The notes under the pieces: generated by a model
The model's database searches: none
What the model was told of the DNA's origin: nothing
What the model saw: only the letters and a program-made list of their open reading frames with translations
Part shown: positions 44,497-55,983 of the stretch, piece after piece
Numbering within the stretch: the stretch's first letter is position 1
Layout: each line of letters opens with the position of its first letter
Origin: Balanoglossus misakiensis
Lineage: Eukaryota > Animalia > Hemichordata
DNA length: 64,000 nt
Assembly: GCA_040954595.2 (NCBI GenBank)
Contig: CM082592.2
Coordinates: 3,612,735-3,676,734 of the forward strand
Direction: 5' to 3'
Made by a program: the position numbers and the translations under genes

Positions 44497-46146
44497 TTAT
44501 ACCGGTTTTACAAAATTTTTCTTTTCACCCGATTCAAATGGTTCTAGAAAATAACCTGTCGACATATACCCATATTTTTTGGACAAGAGGGGATCTTGAT
44601 GTATCAATACATGTACATTTGTGTCGGCGTGACCCATATATTCAATAAGGAAAAAATTGCGACGCAAATTATATTCGAGTTTCCGTAAGAAGGTTGTATT
44701 ACGTGCCCATTTTGTGACAGGAGATGGTGTTTTGGCATTGGGTCTAGAACCTGATTTAAACTTGCCAACCAGACTAACAAATTGTCCCAGTTGGTTCGGT
44801 TTAAACTCGAAAAAGTATAACGTGCCTCCCATACGAAAGCAAAAACAAGTGTTACTTCGGTTCATTTCATCTATGCGACACCGTCTTTCTCTTTCGTTGG
44901 CGTATGTGCACTGTGACATTTCTATCATAGGGAAAGGATCTTCGAAGGCACATGCACATTCTTGTAAGGCCCGACATTTTGTTTCAAACATGCGATACAA
45001 ATATTCTTGTACAGCCGACGTAAATTCCGGGATGGGTTGGTGATAGTCCGATCCTGACAATGTCAATATCATCAACATGTCGAGACATAGCGACGGGTGG
45101 ATAAAATGTGTGTGGTGTAGGGCTGAAAAGGCAACGCAGGCACCCTTGTTGGTTAAGTCAAGTTTGAAATCGAACGTCGGCCGTTGACTTATGAGCGTAA
45201 CGTCTCCGCCACTTGAGATTAGACCCACATAAGCGTCTGTGTCGACTGACACTTGAATAATCTTCCGCGACGGAATACTACTAACTACGGAGAGCATAAT
45301 ATCTGCTTCTTCCGGTACGTGTGAAATTTGAGATAAGGCCGTCTCTAGTTCTTCCCACGAGCCTTCTCCACAAAGTTTTGACCACCAGTTGTTTGTCTGA
45401 TACCTCTCGGCCGCATTGAACCCCTTTCTATTGCATAATATGTATACGCGAAATGGCAATTGCAAATATGAGTTACGCAGTCTATCTGATAGCAGTTGCA
45501 GAAGACGAAGTCGAAACTCAGGCAACCGTAGCAGTCTTTGTAAACTACCTCTGAACGGAAACTTGACATCTCTGGGCGTCAACTTGTTCTTTGCCATACT
45601 TACAATTTTTTTTCTATCAGATTCGTTCGAGACGGTAGACATTTCTTTGTCTAACGCAGCCAACCACCTGTTAACATCTGTTTGTTGTGCACGCTTTTCA
45701 GCTGTCGTTTTTTTGGCGAACGGTGAGCTTCCATCAAAACACAAAACTAAATCTTGCAGGCGCATATCGCTCGCGGAATCTGCATGTTTTTCTTGCGACT
45801 GCCTTACAGTATAGGCAAAGTCAATAGTGTCCCGTAAAAAGGCTTGAACGACGTAGTCTTCCCTTTGGAGGGCCCAGACTTTGTTTTGTATATGAGAGTG
45901 TCCGTTCTCATCTCTAATTTCTTTAAGATCACCAATGATGCTCGCATCAGTGAAACAATCGCGGTAACTTTTATACTTTTCCGTAATGAAGGTGCCACTC
46001 CTGCTCAGTGGTGTGGGAATTCTGTAGAAAGTTTGCGTGCCATCCATAACGAGAACATCCCTATTTAATATAGCTTGGACTGTATCAATGTACCCAAATG
46101 ATTCTTTGTTGCATAGTTTACGCAGGAATACACTGGCGATCCCCAT
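44497..46146 (-). CDS. FEN1/XPG/XRN-like PIN-fold 5' nuclease
   Basis: MGI start, VMDG, CFDGSSPFAK...KR, EEAD, SVDTD and LSGSDY acidic motifs in canonical order. Confidence 0.85.
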   Translation of the reverse strand: MGIASVFLRKLCNKESFGYIDTVQAILNRDVLVMDGTQTFYRIPTPLSRSGTFITEKYKSYRDCFTDASIIGDLKEIRDENGHSHIQNKVWALQREDYVVQAFLRDTIDFAYTVRQSQEKHADSASDMRLQDLVLCFDGSSPFAKKTTAEKRAQQTDVNRWLAALDKEMSTVSNESDRKKIVSMAKNKLTPRDVKFPFRGSLQRLLRLPEFRLRLLQLLSDRLRNSYLQLPFRVYILCNRKGFNAAERYQTNNWWSKLCGEGSWEELETALSQISHVPEEADIMLSVVSSIPSRKIIQVSVDTDAYVGLISSGGDVTLISQRPTFDFKLDLTNKGACVAFSALHHTHFIHPSLCLDMLMILTLSGSDYHQPIPEFTSAVQEYLYRMFETKCRALQECACAFEDPFPMIEMSQCTYANERERRCRIDEMNRSNTCFCFRMGGTLYFFEFKPNQLGQFVSLVGKFKSGSRPNAKTPSPVTKWARNTTFLRKLEYNLRRNFFLIEYMGHADTNVHVLIHQDPLLSKKYGYMSTGYFLEPFESGEKKNFVKPV

Positions 46147-46445
46147 CTTCTCCACAGATAAATGGTGCAAAATATATGTACGGAGTTACCTTTATATAAT
46201 GTTCACTGACCAGTATAACCTTGTACGACATTTCACGTTGGTATCACCAGGCGTATGTATATGCAAAGATTCCTTCTTTAATACGCGTTTTCGTTGACGT
46301 TGGGATGGTCGGATGATAGGTGTCATGGTTGTCTTGGCTCTATTGCTGGAAATATGCTTGGATTCATCCAAGCAAGGGAACTCACCATGCTCGTATGTGT
46401 CCATCGTAAGACACTTGTGGTAATGTGAAACATTCATAGTAACTT

Positions 46446-46650
46446 TTGCCCATAATATTATCCCAAATTCTGACGTCACATATTGTACATGCAACGAGCA
46501 CAGTTAAGGCCGTCAACAAAGTCTGTCATGACTGTTTGCCCACAACATTAGCCCAAATTCTGAGGTCACATATTGTACATGCAACGAGCAAAGGTAAGGC
46601 CGTCAACAAAGTCTGTCATGACTGTTTGCCCACGAGTAAGGCCGTCAAGT
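46446..46650. repeat. short imperfect tandem duplication (~90-bp unit)
   Basis: TTGCCCA...CCCAAATTCTGA.GTCACATATTGTACATGCAACGAGCA...AAGGCCGTCAACAAAGTCTGTCATGACTG occurs twice plus a partial copy. Confidence 0.8.
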
Positions 46651-46729
46651 AAGCTTGTAAAACCGTGTCGAATTATGGAGTCCTGTATCTCATACTTGTA
46701 ATCGTTGAACGCACAAGTAAGGCCATGTC

Positions 46730-47491
46730 GTGAGTTGTTTTATATGCTCGTCGTGTAATCTCGCATATAAAATAGACATTGGACGCCAAAACAGCTCCAC
46801 TTTTCCATTTAGACGATCCACGAAGGTGTTTAGGATGACTACCACCGGTGTATACATTAATGGACACGGCGGGTCTATTCAAATCGGTAATGGCAATTTC
46901 ATGGTAGTTAACGAAACCAAGCGTAAACGAAAGACTTGCATTGTCGTATGCGGCATGTTCAGCGTAGACGAATTGAATGCAGCTTCTTACAGGTGTGGCG
47001 CAGACTCTATATTTGTCGACGTAGGACCTTTGCAGATAGCCGGACACGACGGACTGGACGGACCAGACTTTTGTATATCGCAGTCCAGAATTTTAACAAC
47101 GGTGGCGGACAAATTACGACAGTCTACCTCTCGTGTCGTTTTGACAAACATGTGTCCTGAAATAAGTCGGCACGTCTTCGCCATGCACGAGATCGCAAGA
47201 GGCAACACTTCTATGGGTAGATACAATGATGTAACAGACTCTGCGAGGTTGTCATTTGCATGGGCTTTAAAACGGTTTTCTAGAATTGTGTACCTCGTCA
47301 TGCCAAATTACGACAAGCAGAGATTCAGACGGTCTGTACGGACTATGACCCAAACTAAAGAAGAGTTCTATTGCGCACAATACCGACAAGGCCTACTAGA
47401 CCAGTTACCACGAGAACCGGGTGTAGAAGTAGTCACCGAACAAGATACAGATGTAGCACAGATAGCCCACAGAATCGTGTCTGATTCCTAA
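46730..47491 (+). CDS. nucleoside/nucleotide kinase-fold protein with degenerate P-loop
   Basis: IVVCGMFSVDEL (Walker A position without GK[ST]), VVLTNMCPEISRHVF and IVYLVMP follow dNK/TMPK strand order; start codon uncertain. Confidence 0.4.
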   Translation: MSCFICSSCNLAYKIDIGRQNSSTFPFRRSTKVFRMTTTGVYINGHGGSIQIGNGNFMVVNETKRKRKTCIVVCGMFSVDELNAASYRCGADSIFVDVGPLQIAGHDGLDGPDFCISQSRILTTVADKLRQSTSRVVLTNMCPEISRHVFAMHEIARGNTSMGRYNDVTDSARLSFAWALKRFSRIVYLVMPNYDKQRFRRSVRTMTQTKEEFYCAQYRQGLLDQLPREPGVEVVTEQDTDVAQIAHRIVSDS

Positions 47492-48768
47492 AATAATGGT
47501 TTTTGTTGTTGGAGAAGATCGTTTGCGAAATAATTGTAATACACTATTGTTGTAATAAAGTTGGGCGGTAACGTATCCACACTTTGTAGATATTGTGGTA
47601 TGGCCTGTTGATTTGTGAATAGTTCGAGGGAAGAGTCAACCTTTCATTTAATTTGTCCATGAGACATTTCAAGGCAGCTGCAGGGGAAAAATTGTTGTTT
47701 CTATGAAATTGGTTGCGACGCAATTAAGTGGCCCGTGGAAAACAAGAGACGACGCAAGTTAAATTGTGCACGGTTAATGTTATACTGTTCCATATTCATC
47801 ACCATGGTTGGTTTACATTTACCCATGCAAAAATGCTATGCATTCACAACAGAGAACATGATTCAAGACAATCATGGGCTGAACAAATTCGGCATAAATG
47901 TATTTTGTTTCAAGCTTGCGGAGTCATTCTGCTATAAAATGATCTATGCATGCATACTGTAAATATCATGGCACATTCAGTTGATTCAAATCCAAAGTTG
48001 AAAACTGACAAGACATTAATACTTCCCCACTCAATAATGCAATTTAGCAGAAATGGTTGACAAGAAAGCTGAGTTTATTAGAGCAAAATGAACAAACTCC
48101 ATAAGTCATTCTACCATAAAATGTTCAATACATGCACACCTTAATACGGCCAAGAAATTAAATATTTCATTCATTCATTAATTTTTTTCCCTGGAATTGT
48201 CCCCGAGGCACTTCTTCACTCTAAAACACCAACTTGTTTAATTTCATAATTTGATTAAAGCCTATAAACATATCTCCCAAGATCACACACTGTCAGACAA
48301 AGTTGTGAACTTTTTCACAGTACTGTTGTTAAATTTGCTTGCCTGTTGTTCTGTCGGATGGTCAGTTTTACATTTCAACTCCTATGTTTATGGCCGGATT
48401 TGTACACAGATGGGACAGTTGAGCCAAAGAAACACAAATGTAGCCACAGTACATATTGAAAGACAGCAACTTTGTCCCTGTAATGACTTTCTACTCATGA
48501 TGTGTACCTCTAGCAAGATGATAAGTCAACAGCGTGGCAACGGACACATAAAGACTTTGATGAAGATGAAGACCTGCGCTCATCTTCGTTATCATACGTA
48601 TTCTGCATCTACGAGAACCGTGACGATGTAGTCGCGTTTTCCTTTTCACTTGGACAACTTCTGTCTTCAAGGGAATCAATTATATTATCGCTGTTCTATG
48701 TGTTGCCCACATCACTCAATGCGTGAATCAGGCTATAGTCTATCATATTGTTATTCTCGTGGTTGTTT

Positions 48769-49987
48769 TCATAGGGGGGATGGATAGGCAGTTGATGTAA
48801 CTGGCGATATGGGGTTTTCTTCAATTGGGTATCCATACATGGCAAGCACAGTATTGTACGTACTTTCCAAGCCCTGGAAAATCAATAAACAATTTAAATA
48901 TTATTTCGATAAATAATGACGCTGGATCTTGTTTTGTTTAAGTAACGTATGAAGAAGCGATGTACTTGCATCTCGACTTTTTGCTATAAATGAAAAACAA
49001 GATGTATCCACTTGGAAGAAGCTGTCAAGCAATGTGTGATGATTGCATTTTTCCTAACTACCATGGATGCCATAGAGGGCGCTATTAGGGGTCAGCTTCA
49101 AAACTACGGGGTTCTTAACAAAACCTCGACTGTTAACAAGTAGGTATACGTTGATTTGTCCCTCCATGTAGCCCAAGTAAACTGTGTACATGATGATTGT
49201 GCCCTTACCTGTGGCAATGCAGTACTGTCATTGATTATTCCGTTCTTTGTTAAACCATGAATGCCATCGCCGTCTTCATCTAGACGACTTAGTCTGACTC
49301 CATCTTAGAAGAAGAGAAAGACATTCATTGATTCACCTTGATTGCAATTCTGTCCAGATTTAATAAATGCAGATACAAATCAACTTGTCATTAGCTGTAA
49401 GTGCAAATAACAAACAAAACACCAGCTACTGCCGACAACTTACCAGGGTTCTCTTTGCCCACGATGCCTTTGACATGCTTGGGAATCTTGATTTCCATCT
49501 TCCCGGCTGTTTGGTACCGACATTTCTTCATATGTACCCGGAGCGATGATTTACGCTTGTATCCCATCCCGCACCATTGACAGACATGTCTCCTTTCTTC
49601 CGTGTGTGTCACCATATGTTCTAGGAGCGCGTATCTACGCCTCGCTTCATACGGACACACACTGCATTTATAGGGTTTCTCGTCGCTGTGGGTTGTCAGG
49701 TGCCTTTTCAGATTGCCTTTCAGTGCTGAGGCAAAGCCACAGATGTCACAAGTGTATGGCCTGTCATCTGAAGAAGCAAACAAACCAAAGTCCAATTATT
49801 CAAGCCTCAAAAAGTGCCATGCATATCCATATGCTGGGAACAAATTTCGCCAATGTAAATACCAAGAATGCATATGCCAGACATGTAATCTATTTTTGTC
49901 CCCTTTCAACTAATTAGTCCTACTGTAATATGGACAATGAGTCCGAAATACAGTTTATAATAATAATACTAATACTAATACTAATAC

Positions 49988-50032
<45 letters not shown>

Positions 50033-50113
50033 GCATACTAAAATTGTACGGGTAAAATTATCATTTTTCATCACGGAACTGAACAGATTATGTTTACCTC
50101 TAGTCGGTCTCAT
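48769..50113 (-). CDS. C2H2 zinc-finger protein, 4 exons, ~179 aa
   Basis: Exons 50113-50098, 49767-49444, 49303-49209 and 48873-48769, frame-compatible GT-AG introns; three fingers with EKPY-type linkers. First and last exons are less certain. Confidence 0.65.
49957..50030. repeat. (TAA)n/(TAATAC)n microsatellite in intron
   Basis: Seen directly in the sequence. Confidence 0.9.
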
Positions 50114-50619
50114 CTTCGAATGGGTCGTCTATCTATGTTCGCTGGGCCGGGAGACGTTTGACGTGTGTCGGTGGTGTCAGAGTTGGGCAGAATGTCACGC
50201 CCTATGCGACGACCGTAGCCGAAGTGGTGGCGTAACGACCTCTCCAGGCCTGATAATAGGTGGATATGTGGCATGTCAGCGAGTGTTGACGGTTCTTATT
50301 CGCGTGGGACATCGTACGGGTGTTTTAAATTCCCATCGACCAATTAGAAAGCGCGGGCGGGGTGCGCCGAAGCTCTGTCCATAGCAAAATGGAGGTGAAT
50401 AGTTTGCTGGTTACAGTGTGGTCAAAGGCTTAGGCACGAAAGACGCAATAATTTTATAGTGATCCCCCCCCCCCCCTCACCCGGTTCATTTTGACATAGC
50501 CTTGTTTACAAAACCCGTGGAGTGTAGGGCACTGCCTTTATTTACAAACATACGTAGATATATAGTGAATTCATGGTACAGACAAATTAAACAGAAATTG
50601 ATTTAGTCTTCATTTATTC

Positions 50620-51273
50620 TCAAGATGACCGATAACTATTACCACTTGTCACCCGAAAAACCTTGGGCATAACAGTTTTCATAACTTCGTCGGACCAGTA
50701 AACAGTGTTGTTATTTTGAAACTGGAACACATAATGTAACTGTTTATTCATTACATATTCGATGCTGGTGCTGACGAGGCGACAAGTAACGTGTTTATAT
50801 CCCATCCTATTCTGACATTTTCTACAGGTGTCTTCGAAAGAATCTGGTCCATTTAAAAAACACCAGTCACTATTCATTCGTTCTTCTTTGCCTCGCTGGA
50901 ATACTTCGAGTTGTGTGTGCATTCTAAAAGGGTAACCTCTGTTCAAAACTATGACCCTACTTCGTGGCCATGTATGAGCGATTTCATTGTCCGCAAATTC
51001 TCCTGTAACATTGTGATTCCTAATTGTATATGCCCCGGATCTGGCGTGCACCGTGATTCGGTCAGGCGCTGAACAATCGCGGCGAACGATTATGCCTGGC
51101 CAAGTTTTATACAAACTGGTTGGTGTCGCAAGATTAAAGTCAGACCGTTTTAAGTTTGGGGAGTCTTGAAATCTTAAACAATAACTGGCAGCCTGATCGA
51201 TGCCAGCACATTCAGGTATAGTCGCAGAAATAATACACACGGCGATACATAGGAGGTGTGAAATGCCCTGCAT
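50620..51273 (-). CDS. secreted inactive paralogue of the metzincin at 37746
   Basis: Shares SYCL.F, LY..WPG, R..CS.P.RIT.H.R, IAH.W, VLNR and DWCF, but has MNKQLHYVF in place of HExxHxxGxxH. Confidence 0.8.
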   Translation of the reverse strand: MQGISHLLCIAVCIISATIPECAGIDQAASYCLRFQDSPNLKRSDFNLATPTSLYKTWPGIIVRRDCSAPDRITVHARSGAYTIRNHNVTGEFADNEIAHTWPRSRVIVLNRGYPFRMHTQLEVFQRGKEERMNSDWCFLNGPDSFEDTCRKCQNRMGYKHVTCRLVSTSIEYVMNKQLHYVFQFQNNNTVYWSDEVMKTVMPKVFRVTSGNSYRSS

Positions 51274-51307
51274 GATTTCGGTTTGGTATCAAGTCAAAGC
51301 AATGTCA

Positions 51308-54292
51308 TTAATAAGCGTTTATATGACCAGGGGGGTTTGGAAGTGAAACGTCTACCCATATCTGACTCAACCATTTCGCCATAGGATCTTTCCCTTCGCC
51401 AAAAGCGTCTTCAATTCGAGGACAGAAATGAAACATTTCCAAATGTCCAACGCCTGATACATTTTTGTCGGAGTGGTCGTTTTCAGACAAATATTTGTAA
51501 ATGATTTGCGAAGGCACATATACATGTGTCGTCTTCTTTGCTACAACTCGCAAACAAGAGTGTTCGTCGTCCGGACTATTTGTTAAAAAACTACTTGTAT
51601 ATGCGGGTGTTGCTTGAATCCGCGGCGTGTTTGTATAGTGTATGAATGGTTTCGAGTGAGACGTATCTCTCAAAAACCAATCGGAAAGCATGTTTTTGCC
51701 AGGAGAACTTTGCAAGTAAGACTCCAATGGAAGTGTACCCAATATAGGCGAACCCCATAGTTTTGTCACCGCCCTTACACAATATACATAGCACTTGGTG
51801 TGAGGATGGTCGTGATTCCATTTATAGGGTTCGTATATGAATTCCGACGTTAGATCAGTGTCAGTTTGTTGTGAAACCGTGGGAGTAGTTCGGCTTGTGA
51901 TATTACATTTATCAATAATCCACTGTATCGCTTCTGGACGTTTGACGTCGCAAGATATCACGCCGGCTGGAATTCTATTTATCGTGTCAAGTATTGTACA
52001 GTAACTTCCACTCTTTATCACGGCAGGATCGATTGAACATTCTGAAGCTATTATGCTCATGTGCGATTCTCTATGATGTTTTGCTACCGACAATGAGTGC
52101 AAAACAAGGCGTTGAAAAGCCTTCCATGCAGGAACCAACATTTTATACTGGAGACTCTGGTGTCGTTCCACAGATCCCAATAAAGAATGTCGACAAAATG
52201 TCATATTATTGTAATCAAACCCTTCCGCAAAAAATAAATCACGTATTATAACTTTGGAGGCATTCAACATTATCGACATAAATTGACCATTTCGGTTTGG
52301 AAGGCAGTATGCGTATGTCAGAGTGGGAAATAGATTGACATATTGTCTGTATACATCTTGAATAACCTCACTATCATCTCGTATACATCGTAAAGCATTT
52401 GAAGTGACAATTTGTGCACATTTCTTAGGTTGAAGACCAATTTCTATACACCACCATTTTGGGTATTTGTCAAGTACAGTACTTAGATATCGTAAGAAAT
52501 TCACTTGGGACAGTGTTAATCGATTACGAGCGTAAGATTCAAATAATTTTAACACGCGTGTCCACGTGGCCTCTGGAATGCCCGGCGGCGAATGACTGGG
52601 GGGATTTAACATCAAATTCCGTTCCAAAATATCCAATGCATTAATATAGTTCACCTCGTAGAAATCTCCACACTCCCAACGTTCTAGGCATTGAACAAAT
52701 GTGTCAAATACTGGTAACCATACGTGAACAAAAACACTCGTATCCAATGTTTCAGTGGGTGGGTGACTTTGATGTAATATTAACAATTTCTCAAACAACC
52801 TTTTAACGATAAATACTAAACCAATCCGACTGCTACTTATGCACGAAGCAATGTCCAATGTGGCGAAATAGTTAGTAGGTGTGCACGAAAACGTGTCCAC
52901 CCAATGCATTCTTATGCTATTTGCCAGGTCCACGTGTGAATCCGCCCATGTCTTTAGGAAGTTGTCGAATTTTTGTTCTGAAATAAATGTCTCTACCTGC
53001 GTTGCAACTGGTCCGTCTGCTAACGCAAACGCGGCTAATTGAACAGTTGATAAAATATTGTCTTGCGTGCGGGATCCTGCAATGTTATGGAGAAAAAATG
53101 CCCACAGATAAGCGAATCCCAATTCAATGAGATTTCGTTCTCTAAGTCTGGATGCCGCTAGATTAATTTCGGTTGTTAAGCTATGCATATTTTCATCCGA
53201 CAGTGTTTGTAATAAAAAATCTGGCAAGCTTGCGATCGAATTTTTTGGACTTGTCAGGCCCCACGCGTGTATGGCTTTAGACACATCCGCGTGTAGTCCA
53301 AGGGATGAACCTGTACGTGCTATTATCTCGCTGAAGTCAATATTAGTACTTGTAATATCTAAAAATCTGTCCAATAAAGACTGTGTTTTACGAAAAACAT
53401 CTAGTAAGCCCAACATAGACGACTTGGAGGTCTCGTGGACACATGCAACCATGTCTTGAACTTGATTTCTCGCGTAACAAACTTTCCAACCTACCGGTGT
53501 AAAGCACTTGCCTAACAACGAATTAAAACCGCCTAACGTCGTCTGCCTTGCTGACACGCGTTCAATTTTTTTTAACTGTTGACCACGACAACGTGCAATG
53601 TCGGTTAATCGTTGTCGAATAATCTTTTCCAGTTTATCATCTGTAAACTTTCCTTCGCCGCATAATGGAAGACGTCGAATACACGGCCTCTCTTTTTTCA
53701 TGGGTACTGGGCCGTGTAGAGCCTTTTTAATTTCACCTCGTTCACCCGGGCCCTTTAATTTGAAGCAATTCCCCGTAGAATTTCTTATACCACTCGGCTC
53801 TGATTCGTGCTTACACGTCTTCGAACAGACGCTGTTACCGCCTGAAAAGTGACTAACTACCAACCCATTCGAAAGTCTGCATGTGCGTCTACGCAATTCG
53901 TCTTTTGACAGACACAGTGGGGAAGGAAATATTGGATAATTACGTCCAATACGTTGAGTAGTCTGAAGAATCATGGACAATAAAGCTGGGTCCTCAAGTC
54001 CCGAACGCCCTGTAATATTCGCGATTTGAGTTCTCGATAAATCCCCGCATTTGGGAAAATCACGTCGGGAAGTTACCACCACACAGGTTCCATCTTTTGA
54101 GACAACGCGAACTGCACCAGCATAAATTAACGGGTGCGTTAGTGCGAGTGTTACGGGCTGTTTCCAACCTAGACCATAATTTTCCACCAATAATTCGTAG
54201 TCAATTTCACTTGTGCGTGTTACGACCGGTCCCGATAAAATAGCCGAGTATGGGCCATCATTCATACGATTCAGCTCGAAAAGATATAGCAT
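51308..54292 (-). CDS. large hypothetical viral protein (994 aa)
   Basis: Long intronless ORF in the densely packed core block; no motif recognised. Confidence 0.8.
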   Translation of the reverse strand: MLYLFELNRMNDGPYSAILSGPVVTRTSEIDYELLVENYGLGWKQPVTLALTHPLIYAGAVRVVSKDGTCVVVTSRRDFPKCGDLSRTQIANITGRSGLEDPALLSMILQTTQRIGRNYPIFPSPLCLSKDELRRRTCRLSNGLVVSHFSGGNSVCSKTCKHESEPSGIRNSTGNCFKLKGPGERGEIKKALHGPVPMKKERPCIRRLPLCGEGKFTDDKLEKIIRQRLTDIARCRGQQLKKIERVSARQTTLGGFNSLLGKCFTPVGWKVCYARNQVQDMVACVHETSKSSMLGLLDVFRKTQSLLDRFLDITSTNIDFSEIIARTGSSLGLHADVSKAIHAWGLTSPKNSIASLPDFLLQTLSDENMHSLTTEINLAASRLRERNLIELGFAYLWAFFLHNIAGSRTQDNILSTVQLAAFALADGPVATQVETFISEQKFDNFLKTWADSHVDLANSIRMHWVDTFSCTPTNYFATLDIASCISSSRIGLVFIVKRLFEKLLILHQSHPPTETLDTSVFVHVWLPVFDTFVQCLERWECGDFYEVNYINALDILERNLMLNPPSHSPPGIPEATWTRVLKLFESYARNRLTLSQVNFLRYLSTVLDKYPKWWCIEIGLQPKKCAQIVTSNALRCIRDDSEVIQDVYRQYVNLFPTLTYAYCLPNRNGQFMSIMLNASKVIIRDLFFAEGFDYNNMTFCRHSLLGSVERHQSLQYKMLVPAWKAFQRLVLHSLSVAKHHRESHMSIIASECSIDPAVIKSGSYCTILDTINRIPAGVISCDVKRPEAIQWIIDKCNITSRTTPTVSQQTDTDLTSEFIYEPYKWNHDHPHTKCYVYCVRAVTKLWGSPILGTLPLESYLQSSPGKNMLSDWFLRDTSHSKPFIHYTNTPRIQATPAYTSSFLTNSPDDEHSCLRVVAKKTTHVYVPSQIIYKYLSENDHSDKNVSGVGHLEMFHFCPRIEDAFGEGKDPMAKWLSQIWVDVSLPNPPGHINAY

Positions 54293-54295
54293 CGC

Positions 54296-55933
54296 ATGAC
54301 AATAATTTATCTATTTAAAGTCGCTAATGTACGTATATACGTGGGCATAGAGCGGGGGGGGAGAGAGGGGGAGAGAGTGAGAAAGAGAGACAAAATGGCG
54401 TTCACATACTTACACTTTAATATTTTTTCGGTATGTCGGCTAACGTACATAACAGTCCACAGTCAAGAAGAAAAGAAACCCAAAGTAGCCACATTGACAG
54501 GCATTCGGAAAAAGCGCCCGAAACCACACTTATATTCTTACGAATCTGTCACACATTTAGGAGAACATATGGCTCGAAAGAGTTCAAGTATTTTCGTGAC
54601 TTTGTTCGACAGACAAGTATGTGAAGGCGGATTCACTTTAGACCATTGGTCTTTCACGAAACCTCCTCAAGAACAAATTGTGGAAGTCACGAAAGTTGAC
54701 CATACTTTAGGGTTTTGTGGAACCAATGGATCTTCCGTGCGTCAGATCATTGAATTAGTGTATGTTGGTACGGATATTCTGCCCAGGAAATTTTCTAAAC
54801 GAGCCACCGAAGACCCCGTCCATCTTTCTGTGAAATCAGTACACGCTATAAAGGCGTGGCTGGGGAAACATTTACCAGAAAAGTCGTCTCCTTGTTATCG
54901 TTGGACAGCTTGTAATGTAGCTATCCCGACGATAGCGATGACGTTGCTAGCTTCGGAAAGATCAAATTTACGGTGGACCAAAAGCACCTTTGAAGATTAC
55001 ATGGACTTATGCTGGTTTCTCGCGCAACAGGTGTATGGATCTCAACCAAAGACAGTGCTGCATTTACTCAATATAATTGGCGTAATATCACACATATCTC
55101 CACTGCAGCCCGAAAGTCTTCTATTAGATCATGTAAAACCAGATGGGTCTTATTCTGGTTCAATATTGGAGAAATCTTTATTTGCCTTCGAGTTACTCTT
55201 GGCTGCATTTAAAATGAGATATAGAGCGAAACAGTTTAATGGCGTTTATGACATATTTCACCCCGCTTTAATCGAAATACAACATGCTGACGACACTGAG
55301 TATATTTACCCGTGCCTGATCGCAAAAAGTACTTTAAAATTAATTGAGTTTGGAAACCAGACAATTTATGTCGACTTTGGACAAGATTTGTTCATAAAGA
55401 GTCTATTACACGAGTTTTGTTATGAGTCAAATGTGGATACATTTCCGACTCCTCCCTTGGGATATACATTTCTGCCCTTACAAATGTGGTTTTCTCAACT
55501 AAGAGTAAAAACTCTGTATTATATGCGTAATGATTGCTCCAAACCGTCAGCGGTTGTTTTGCGTGGATCAACTATAGTTGAAACGCTGCGCGTTCGGTAT
55601 GGCGTTCGAGTAATGCCGACAGACCAGTTTTACGCGGATAGCTTTGGACAACTAGTGAAACGCCTGTCGCTACCTGAGGTGCCGTTGATTACGCAAGTAC
55701 ATATAGATCATTGCGAAGATAACAGCCTCCCAGCGACAGAGACACATCCGTGTTGCTTGCATAGGCTGTATGGTAACGCGCGAATGTTTCAGAAACATAA
55801 ACTAGATCATTTTCTGCGGGACGAGAAGTTAGACGCGCGTACACATATGATTAATCTAGTCACGTCTCATACAAAAATGTCACATGTCATTAAGTTTTTC
55901 GTGACGTTCCTACGGGAACGGGATACAAAATAA
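54296..55933 (+). CDS. hypothetical viral protein
   Basis: 545-codon ORF; true start may be MAFTYL at 54395. Confidence 0.75.
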   Translation: MTIIYLFKVANVRIYVGIERGGREGERVRKRDKMAFTYLHFNIFSVCRLTYITVHSQEEKKPKVATLTGIRKKRPKPHLYSYESVTHLGEHMARKSSSIFVTLFDRQVCEGGFTLDHWSFTKPPQEQIVEVTKVDHTLGFCGTNGSSVRQIIELVYVGTDILPRKFSKRATEDPVHLSVKSVHAIKAWLGKHLPEKSSPCYRWTACNVAIPTIAMTLLASERSNLRWTKSTFEDYMDLCWFLAQQVYGSQPKTVLHLLNIIGVISHISPLQPESLLLDHVKPDGSYSGSILEKSLFAFELLLAAFKMRYRAKQFNGVYDIFHPALIEIQHADDTEYIYPCLIAKSTLKLIEFGNQTIYVDFGQDLFIKSLLHEFCYESNVDTFPTPPLGYTFLPLQMWFSQLRVKTLYYMRNDCSKPSAVVLRGSTIVETLRVRYGVRVMPTDQFYADSFGQLVKRLSLPEVPLITQVHIDHCEDNSLPATETHPCCLHRLYGNARMFQKHKLDHFLRDEKLDARTHMINLVTSHTKMSHVIKFFVTFLRERDTK

Positions 55934-55983
55934 ACTTCTGTATAAATTTAAACGTGTAGTCAGAAATGACATAGTACAAGAAA

